Shown: one piece after another, positions 9,256 to 15,807 of the stretch
Layout of the letters: each line of letters begins with the position of its first letter
Position numbering within the stretch: the stretch's first letter is position 1
Assembly: GCF_035285525.1 (NCBI RefSeq)
Contig: NZ_JAYKGW010000143.1
Location: 1 to 20,803 of the forward strand
DNA: 20,803 bases
From: Okeania sp.
Lineage (GTDB): Bacteria > Cyanobacteriota > Cyanobacteriia > Cyanobacteriales > Microcoleaceae
Direction of reading: 5' to 3'
The notes under the pieces: model-generated
The model's database searches: none
The model's input: only the letters and a program-made list of their open reading frames with translations
Told to the model about the DNA's origin: nothing
Translations under genes and position numbers: made by a program

Positions 9256-9495
9256 ATGTTAGAAGAAGTGTTTAATTTAGCTAAACAACTTCCTGTTTCT
9301 GAACAAATTAGTTTAATTTAAAAAATGATAGTTGAACTTAGGAAAAATAAATCTGCTCGATATTCTTTAATGTCTATAGAAAATTTACAATCGGGATTTG
9401 CTAAAGATTTAGCAGAGACAGGATATAAATCAAGAGAGGATATAGTGAATTTAGTACGAGAAGTAAGACAGGAAATTTCACAATCAAGTCACTAA
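9256..9495 (+). pseudogene. Antitoxin-like small gene interrupted by an in-frame TAA at codon 22
   Basis: MLEEVFNLAKQLPVSEQISLI*KMIVELRKNKSARYSLMSIENLQSGFAKDLAETGYKSREDIVNLVREVRQEISQSSH. The in-frame TAA is at 9319-9321 and the terminal TAA at 9493-9495. The N-terminus resembles addiction-module antitoxin components, judged by eye. Confidence 0.45.
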
Positions 9496-9531
9496 CTTTA
9501 TTAAATTTTATAATACTTTTAAATTAAAAAA

Positions 9532-9651
9532 ATGACTATTTCTCCAACTCGTATATTTTTCGACAGTAATGTTTATATTATACGTCAAAAAAATCATTGG
9601 GATTTGATAAATAAAATATTGCGATCGCATACTAATATTAGGCTGCATTAA
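9532..9651 (+). pseudogene. Truncated PIN-domain remnant (39 codons)
   Basis: MTISPTRIFFDSNVYIIRQKNHWDLINKILRSHTNIRLH*. The IFFDSNVYI stretch matches the first PIN motif, but the ORF ends after 39 aa, whereas intact PIN proteins are typically well over 100 aa (the intact PIN ORF at 8310-8750 is 146 aa). It lies 36 nt downstream of the antitoxin-like ORF. Confidence 0.4.
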
Positions 9652-9896
9652 TGAAGCATAATTTCAAAATATTCCAGGTAATAGAGTTATCTAAAAATGA
9701 ATTCATTTATTAGCCAAGGATTTCAATCATTGGCGTGTCATCAGCTTGTTTGTAGGATTTTTTTTACTTGAAGGACGTCAGTTTTTCCTTGTACACGAAC
9801 TTTTGTTCTTGTTGTTTAGATTAACAGTTTATGTCACAGTAAAAGTTTAAATTTTCAAGAAAATTTAGTTGATAAATCAAGGACTTATCTATAAGT

Positions 9897-10736
9897 ATGA
9901 AAAATTCCCCAAGTAGCAAAACTAAAGCACAAATTTGGGTAGTAGAAAATAATAATTTTGTTACTCGTTCGGATCAATTAGCAACAGAAGAACCTTTAGA
10001 AATTCGTTTGACTTTTCCCAAAAAAATTATAGCAGTGACAATGCGAACTCCAGGAGCTGATTTCGATTTGGCTGCGGGATTTCTCTATAGTGAAGGAGTT
10101 ATTAAAAATCGAGAAGATATTGCTAAAATGAGTTATTGTGTAGACCCAGAAATTGATGGAGAACAACAAAAAAATATTATTAATGTCACTCTTAATTCCA
10201 AATTAAACCTCAATCTTAAAAGCCTAGAAAGACATTTTTTTACAACTAGCGCTTGTGGAGTTTGTGGCAAAGCGAGCATCGAATCTTTGCAAATAAAAGG
10301 ATATTCATCTATTCTTTTAGGATTAGAAGTTTCTGCGGAAATTATTTATAGTTTGCCTGAAAAATTAAGGACTGCTCAAGGTGTGTTTAAATCTACAGGA
10401 GGTTTACACGCTGCTGGTTTATTTAATGCTCAAGGAGAACTGTTGAAGTTACGGGAAGATGTGGGGAGACATAATGCTTTAGATAAATTAATTGGTTCCG
10501 AATTTTTAGCAGGTCAATTACCTTTAAATAATCTGATTGTTATGGTCAGCGGACGGTCGAGTTTTGAGATTTTACAAAAGTGTATTACTGTAGGAGTGCC
10601 CATAGTTTGTGCTGTTTCTGCTCCTAGTAGTTTAGCAGTGGAAATAGCCAAAGAATTTAATATTACTTTAGTCGGATTTTTGCGTGGCAAAAAGTTTAAT
10701 ATTTATTCTGGGGTAGAAAGAATAATTAATAATTAA
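9897..10736 (+). CDS. fdhD: FdhD-family sulfurtransferase (formate dehydrogenase / molybdoenzyme accessory protein)
   Basis: 279 aa. The N-terminus is LATEEPLEIRL. Also present are the Cys loop TTSACGVCGKASIE, GGLHAAGLF, and DVGRHNALDKLIG. Confidence 0.88.
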   Translation: MKNSPSSKTKAQIWVVENNNFVTRSDQLATEEPLEIRLTFPKKIIAVTMRTPGADFDLAAGFLYSEGVIKNREDIAKMSYCVDPEIDGEQQKNIINVTLNSKLNLNLKSLERHFFTTSACGVCGKASIESLQIKGYSSILLGLEVSAEIIYSLPEKLRTAQGVFKSTGGLHAAGLFNAQGELLKLREDVGRHNALDKLIGSEFLAGQLPLNNLIVMVSGRSSFEILQKCITVGVPIVCAVSAPSSLAVEIAKEFNITLVGFLRGKKFNIYSGVERIINN

Positions 10737-10987
10737 TAGTTAATAATTAATAATTTAAGATACATCTATTTTTATTTTTATCTTATTTTCTATTCCCTGT
10801 TACTTTTTTACTGTTCTCTAGAACCTAGAATAATGAATAATTGATAATTATTAATTGATAATAAGAACTACAGGAGATTTCGAGGAAATGATGTAGAAAG
10901 TGAATAGTGAAAGTTTTGTAGTGCAGTTATCTTGCTCGCGATAGGTGTAGCTTATAATAGTAGAAAATGCTGTATCTCTAATTATCA

Positions 10988-11090
10988 CAGGACTTACACA
11001 CACAAAGGCGAAGAAACCGGGTTTATGGCTTTAATATTGTTGCTCAAAATACTAAATTTTCGTAAAGAAACCCGGTTTCTGCGTAAGTGC
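10988..11090. mobile_element. Short MITE with CAGGACTTAC...GCGTAAGTGC termini
   Basis: Termini are CAGGACTTACACA and TGCGTAAGTGC. An inner 13-nt inverted repeat is present (AGAAACCGGGTTT at 11009-11021, AAACCCGGTTTCT at 11068-11080). It is flanked by a 17-nt direct repeat, TGTATCTCTAATTATCA at 10971-10987 and TATATCTCTAATTATCA at 11091-11107. Confidence 0.6.
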
Positions 11091-11302
11091 TATATCTCTA
11101 ATTATCAATTAACTAGGTAAATATAAAAAAACTTAACTATATTAAAGTTTGTAAACTAACTCCAAGCTTGTGCAAAAAGTTAAGTTGATGTTTATTTACA
11201 TTCTGTTACAAAGAGATAAATTTTAACGCTTATCTGCTTATCTATTAGGAATTATCCATTGATAATTTGAGTATGCTTTATAATAGTAGAAAGTATTGTA
11301 TA

Positions 11303-11398
11303 GAAATGTGCCCTGACATATTTACACATTATTTTTTTGTAAACCTTTTCTAAACTCCACTTTGAGCTAGAAATTGTAAATACCTGAGCGCTCATTAC
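11303..11398. mobile_element. Possible 96-bp MITE splitting a second copy of the 38-nt motif seen at 10950-10987
   Basis: It has imperfect ~24-nt terminal inverted repeats, GAAATGTGCCCTGACATATTTACA and TGTAAATACCTGAGCGCTCATTAC. TATA flanks it on both sides. Removing it would rejoin GCTTTATAATAGTAGAAAGTATTGTATA with TCTCTAATTATCC. Confidence 0.4.
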
Positions 11399-11446
11399 TA
11401 TATCTCTAATTATCCATTATTAATTATTGATTATCCATTAAATAAT

Positions 11447-12373
11447 ATGAAATCTGACAATTTAAACAGCAAAAATAAAACTACAATAATTAAAAATCTC
11501 CAAACAACAAAAGTAGTTGATGGTGACACAATCAAAGTCTTATTAAATGATAAACGAGAATCTATTCGACTCCATTATGTTGATACCGAAGAGAGCTATT
11601 CTGAATATACTAAACCTGTTACAGACATGGGAAAACAATCAACAGAAATGGCAATCAAATATTTCACATTACCTAACGGTGAACTTGCCGAAGTTGATAT
11701 TGAATTTGAGGCAGATGACCCTCTAGAAAAATGTTTAGAAAAATATCGTGACCATCAAGGTCGCCTCATAACTTATGTACATAAAAATGGCGAAAATTTT
11801 AATATCAAACTAATTAAAGAAGGGTGGAGTCCCTACTTTATTAAATATGGATATTCCCAACTATATCATCAAGAAATGATGGTAGCAGAAATGGAAGCTC
11901 AAGCAAATAATCTTGGTATTTGGAATCCCGAAATAAGTCAAAGAAAACCTAAAAGAAATTATAGTTTACTCCTACCTTGGTGGGCATTAAGAGCTGGCAT
12001 TGTCGAAAATTATCGTACTTATGGAATAGCCGTAGGAGTCTTAGATGTGAGATTAGATTTTCCCAAAATTTTAGCCGCAGCAGAAGCAGGAGAATATATT
12101 ACAGTTTTCTTTGATTTACAAGGAGGAATTAATAGGAGGTTCGATAATGGTGCTTTAGTTTATGATGGTACTAGAAACCATCAATTAAAACTATGGATTC
12201 CTGATATTAATAGTGCCGAAATCAAGCCATTATTACAGCTATTAAAAAATCGTTATTTTGGTTTAGGTAGAGGATATGTTTATATTACTGGGCAAGTGAA
12301 TATGTATCGAGATAAACCAGAAATTATCCTTTCTGATATTAAACAATTATCTGATTTTCCTCCCTATAGGTAA
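11447..12373 (+). CDS. Staphylococcal-nuclease (SNase/thermonuclease) family protein with an extra ~150-aa C-terminal, OB-fold-like domain
   Basis: The N-terminal half carries the SNase signature: VVDGDTIKV, IRLHYVDTEE (matching the Arg35/Asp40/Thr41/Glu43 positions), GRLITYVH (Arg87 position) and GIWN. I see no signal peptide. The C-terminal half (about residues 165-308) ends in YVYITGQVNMYRDKPEIILSDIKQL, which looks like an OB-fold anticodon-type domain by eye. Confidence 0.78.
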   Translation: MKSDNLNSKNKTTIIKNLQTTKVVDGDTIKVLLNDKRESIRLHYVDTEESYSEYTKPVTDMGKQSTEMAIKYFTLPNGELAEVDIEFEADDPLEKCLEKYRDHQGRLITYVHKNGENFNIKLIKEGWSPYFIKYGYSQLYHQEMMVAEMEAQANNLGIWNPEISQRKPKRNYSLLLPWWALRAGIVENYRTYGIAVGVLDVRLDFPKILAAAEAGEYITVFFDLQGGINRRFDNGALVYDGTRNHQLKLWIPDINSAEIKPLLQLLKNRYFGLGRGYVYITGQVNMYRDKPEIILSDIKQLSDFPPYR

Positions 12374-12392
12374 ATTAAACCTTTATGATACA

Positions 12393-12766
12393 CAGGAGTT
12401 ACCCATGAACGCTATTGGTAGTGCATAGTTTCATCTAAAAATGTGCATTAGGAAGACACACCGTAGGGGCGGTTTTTATAAGTGAGTTAACGCGTTTTCC
12501 AAGTAACTTAGATAAACCCGCCCCATCAGATATGAGCCGTGTCTCAGGGGCGGGTTTATGTAAATCCTAGAAAGAGATAAAAATTTCCATATCAACCCGC
12601 CCCTACTCCATGCACCATTTTATATGAAACACTCCAGTAGGGTGTGTTTTCCGCGCTTGAGCGGACATGAAAAGCTACGCGACATAAATGCGCTCGCATT
12701 CCAAAGGAAAAAGCGTATCTCGGAACGGACTAATACTCTACATATAGTGCCTTTCCTTAAGTCCTG
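12393..12766 (+). mobile_element. AGGACTTAC-family MITE carrying a nested insertion; 5-bp TSD ATACA
   Basis: Termini are CAGGAGTTACCCATGAACGCTATTGGTA and CCTTAAGTCCTG. ATACA flanks it at 12388-12392 and 12767-12771. Its interior is homologous to 18718-18896 and to the reverse complement of 19865-20250. Confidence 0.75.
12421..12637. mobile_element. Nested MITE with four GGGGCGGGTTT / AAACCCGCCCC motifs
   Basis: It interrupts the host element between TTGGTA and GTAGGGTG; the intact sequence in the 18718 copy is TTGGTAGGGTG. Its own terminal inverted repeats are GTGCATAGTTTCATCTAAAAATGTGCAT and ATGCACCATTTTATATGAAACACT. Confidence 0.6.
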
Positions 12767-12858
12767 ATACAGACATTTTGACTGCGATCGCATAAACCGT
12801 TAGATGTTCTACCATATTAATACGGTAGTTTTCTAGAGCCAACAGAGCAGATTCGATA

Positions 12859-13641
12859 TCACCCCTGATATTGAGTTAATATTTCTACCCCTGTTTCTGT
12901 CACTGCTACAGTATGCTCAAACTGTGCTGATAGTTTACGATCCTTAGTGAGAGCAGTCCAACCATCATCAAGCATCACTGCTTCGTGAGTCCCTTCATTA
13001 ATCATGGGTTCAATAGTAAACACCATTCCAGTGCGCAACTTTTTCCCTTTTCCTCTAGTGCCATAATGAGGAATTTGTGGAGGAGTATGGAAAATATTAC
13101 TGACACCATGACCAACAAAATCTCTAACTACAGAAAAACCTTGTGCTTCAGCATACTCTTGAATAGCAGCTCCAATATCACCAATTTTATTTCCTGGTTT
13201 AACTTCAGCAATGCCTAAATACATACATTTTTCTGTAACTTCAACTAATTTTTTTGCTACTGGAGAAGGTTCACCAACGAAAAAAGTTTTAGAAGTATCT
13301 CCATGATAACCATCAACAATTGGTGTGACATCAATATTAATAATATCTCCTTCTTTTAAGACTTCTTTCTCATTAGGAATACCGTGGCAAATAACTTCAT
13401 TAATACTGGTACAAATAGACTTAGGAAAACCATGATAATTAAGAGGGGCACTACGAGCGCCATGATCTTGTGTCCAACTTTCTGCTGCCTCATCTAATTC
13501 CAAAGTAGTGACTCCTGGCTTGACAAGGGGTTCAAGATAATGTAATAATTCTGCTGCTAAACGTCCGGCTCGACGCATTTTTTCTATTTCTCTTTTCGAT
13601 AATAAAACGATAGTTTCAGTTGCCATTGCTTCTTTTGCCAT
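12859..13641 (-). CDS. map: Type I methionine aminopeptidase
   Basis: 260 aa. Metal-ligand context is present: ICHGIP, DIINIDVT, GYHGD, VGHGVS, FTIEPM and QFEHT. The start could instead be the second Met, at 13626. Confidence 0.95.
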   Translation of the reverse strand: MAKEAMATETIVLLSKREIEKMRRAGRLAAELLHYLEPLVKPGVTTLELDEAAESWTQDHGARSAPLNYHGFPKSICTSINEVICHGIPNEKEVLKEGDIINIDVTPIVDGYHGDTSKTFFVGEPSPVAKKLVEVTEKCMYLGIAEVKPGNKIGDIGAAIQEYAEAQGFSVVRDFVGHGVSNIFHTPPQIPHYGTRGKGKKLRTGMVFTIEPMINEGTHEAVMLDDGWTALTKDRKLSAQFEHTVAVTETGVEILTQYQG

Positions 13642-13733
13642 TGCTTCTTAAATTAAGATTAGACCTATAACGTTAATAACTCTAGCTTACTTTACCATAC
13701 TTTAGATTTTATCTAAAATATTTTCTTTTTTTT

Positions 13734-13795
13734 AGGTATGGAGGGAACACAGAAGGTGGGAACAGGGAACAGGTGGGAGTTGGAGTTTTTGATTT
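13734..13795 (+). repeat. Direct repeat copy 1 (~62 nt, contains GGGAACA heptamers)
   Basis: AGGTATGGAGGGAACACAGAAGGTGGGAACAGGGAACAGGTG is identical (42 nt) to 13949-13990. Similarity then continues more loosely (GGAGTTGGAGTTTTTGATTT compared with TGAGTTAGAATTTTTTGATTT). Confidence 0.85.
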
Positions 13796-13948
13796 TTTAC
13801 AACCTATTATATGATGGCTATAGAGTGGAATTTTGATAATTCTTTTATTAAAGAATAAACGCGGGTATAATAAGTTTTTTTTTTGCTAATTATTAGTATT
13901 GAATAATAATTTATTTATGGAAATTTATGAAATATTTTAAATATATAT

Positions 13949-14010
13949 AGGTATGGAGGGAACACAGAAGGTGGGAACAGGGAACAGGTGTGAGTTAGAA
14001 TTTTTTGATT
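13949..14010 (+). repeat. Direct repeat copy 2
   Basis: See 13734-13795. The copies start 215 nt apart and are separated by about 150 nt of extremely AT-rich sequence. Confidence 0.85.
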
Positions 14011-14181
14011 TACTTTTTTATTGATTATAAGTTATTAGTTGATATGTTGATATAATAGAAAAAGTTCAATTATATATAATTAAATTGTGTAGCCCTAAGC
14101 AAATATGTTAGGACATTCTTTTTTTGGTTTTTCCCTATTTCATCAAAACCTAAATTTATTTTCCTAATCAAAAGGTTTAGT

Positions 14182-14404
14182 GTCAGCATTCAGCCATCAG
14201 CATTCAACTATAAGCAATTAATTATTAACTCCATAAATATTTATCAGGAGGAATTAGTTTCCCAGAAAAAATATAAATAAAAAGATTGTCAATCAGCTAA
14301 CCTTAGTAAATTATTACGTTGAAAAGCTGTTAACAAAGTTCTTCCGCAGGAGGCTAGCTAAAAGTTAATAGCTGTTTGCACAACATTCCGCAGGAAATGC
14401 TTAT
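14182..14404. mobile_element. MITE (223 bp) of the GTAAGCATT superfamily with an 8-bp TSD, ending 18-30 nt upstream of the methyltransferase start
   Basis: GGTTTAGT flanks it at 14174-14181 and 14405-14412. The reverse complement of its right end (ATAAGCATTTCCTGCGGAATG...GCAAACAGCTATTAAC) matches the left end of the 2140 element. Its interior matches 1127-1312. Confidence 0.8.
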
Positions 14405-14434
14405 GGTTTAGTGCTATAAATATTGATATTTTCT

Positions 14435-15679
14435 ATGCAACAACCAATTGGTATTGATTTATTTGCAGGTGCAGGAGGTATGACTCTTGGTTTTGAACAA
14501 GCAGGATTTGATATACCTATTTCTGTAGAATTAGACCCTATTCACTGTGCTATTCACAAGTTTAATTTTCCTTTTTGGTCGATATTATGTCGAAATATTG
14601 TCGAGCTAACAGGAAGTGAAATTAGAGAGAGACTAAATAATCCTAATAGAGAAATTGATGTAATTTTTGGGGGTCCTCCATGTCAGGGATTTTCTCTGAT
14701 GGGAAAACGTGCTTTAGACGATCCGCGCAATGCACTTATGTCTCATTTTTTGCGCATAGTTTTGGAATTAAAACCCAAATATTTTGTTATGGAAAATGTT
14801 AAAGGTTTAACTGCAGGAAAACACAAATTTTTCCTAGAGGAAGTCATCGATCAATTCTCTAAAAATGGTTATCAAATACAAGAACCTTATCAAGTTTTAA
14901 ATGCTGCTAATTATGGTGTGCCCCAACATCGGGAAAGATTATTTTTGTTAGGATGTAAAAATGGTTTAACACTGCCAAATTATCCCGAAATTAAAACAGA
15001 TAAAAAATTAGAAAACTATATCACTGTCTGGGATGCAATAGGAGATTTACCAGAAGTAGAAAATTATCCAGAATTATTAGATAGAGATTGGGTAAAAGCA
15101 GGAAATGATTATCTAGAACCAAGTCAATATGCTAAAAAACTGCGTGGAATTGATTATTTTAACAATGATTATTCTTATAAACGTGAATACGACCAGACAA
15201 TATTAACTTCTAGTTTACGGACAAAACATACAGAAAAATCAATAGCCAGATTTAACGCTACAGAACCAGGAAAAATTGAATCGGTAAGTCGCTTTTATAG
15301 ACTTAATCCTGATAGTATTTGTAATACCCTGAGAGCAGGAACTCCAAGTAGTAGAGGTTCATATACTTCTCCTAGACCAATACATCCATTTACACCCAGA
15401 TGTATCACAGTTAGAGAAGCAGCAAGACTACATTCATATCCTGATTGGTTTAGATTTCATGTCACAAAATGGCATGGTTTTAGACAAGTTGGTAATTCAG
15501 TTCCACCATTATTAGCAAAAGCAGTTGCTGAAGAAATTATTCATGCTTTAAATATTAAGTCACTTAAATCGAAAAGGAAAAAATATAAGTTAGAAAAATT
15601 AGAAAATTTAGAGGTTAATATGTCTATAGCTGCCGATCTATATGGTGTTGATCGGCATACTATTGCACCAAGAAATTGA
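14435..15679 (+). CDS. DNA (cytosine-5)-methyltransferase, solitary
   Basis: Motif I is IDLFAGAGG, motif IV FGGPPCQGFS, motif VI ENVKGL, motif VIII QHRERLFL and motif X QVGNSVPPLLA. The ORF is open from TTG at 14423, but I prefer ATG at 14435. After motif X there is a ~45-aa extension ending in an HTH-like stretch, MSIAADLYGVDRHTI. Confidence 0.92.
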   Translation: MQQPIGIDLFAGAGGMTLGFEQAGFDIPISVELDPIHCAIHKFNFPFWSILCRNIVELTGSEIRERLNNPNREIDVIFGGPPCQGFSLMGKRALDDPRNALMSHFLRIVLELKPKYFVMENVKGLTAGKHKFFLEEVIDQFSKNGYQIQEPYQVLNAANYGVPQHRERLFLLGCKNGLTLPNYPEIKTDKKLENYITVWDAIGDLPEVENYPELLDRDWVKAGNDYLEPSQYAKKLRGIDYFNNDYSYKREYDQTILTSSLRTKHTEKSIARFNATEPGKIESVSRFYRLNPDSICNTLRAGTPSSRGSYTSPRPIHPFTPRCITVREAARLHSYPDWFRFHVTKWHGFRQVGNSVPPLLAKAVAEEIIHALNIKSLKSKRKKYKLEKLENLEVNMSIAADLYGVDRHTIAPRN

Positions 15680-15732
15680 AAAGACTGTATCTAGCAACAT
15701 TTGATCGTAGGGGTTTGGTTTCCCAACCCAAA

Positions 15733-15772
15733 CAAAAAAGGGATTTGGTTTATAAATCCCTACAGTTTTTTT
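15733..15772. terminator. Likely bidirectional intrinsic terminator between the convergent methyltransferase and PRC-barrel genes
   Basis: The hairpin is GGGATTT (15740-15746), loop GGTTTAT, AAATCCC (15754-15760). An A6 run at 15734-15739 gives a T-tract on the minus strand, and a T7 run lies at 15766-15772 on the plus strand. Confidence 0.55.
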
Positions 15773-15807
15773 CACATGATCAGGACTTACCCAGCAATTA
15801 TTAATTA

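Noticed and set aside
10969-10986. NtcA binding site (TGTA-N8-TACA) in TGTATCTCTAATTATC
   Set aside because: The second half-site is TATC, not TACA. The other two copies of the motif start with TATA instead of TGTA. No suitably spaced -10 box follows.
10932-11120. 62-aa ORF
   Set aside because: It spans a MITE (10988-11090) and its flanking direct repeats. Its translation is a product of the inverted repeats.
11247-11440. DnaA-box cluster / replication origin (three TTATCCATT sequences)
   Set aside because: Each matches only 7 of 9 positions of TTATCCACA. There is no dnaA/dnaN context, and such A/T-rich near-matches are expected in this composition.
12812-12831. Terminator hairpin for map (CTACCATATTAATACGGTAG)
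   Set aside because: The palindrome is imperfect, the stem is short and AT-rich, and no U-tract follows on the minus strand.
11447-15679. SNase-like nuclease plus m5C methyltransferase as a restriction-modification pair
   Set aside because: The two genes are 2 kb apart and separated by the essential housekeeping gene map on the opposite strand and by several MITEs. SNase-type nucleases are not sequence-specific restriction enzymes. Nothing supports co-transcription.
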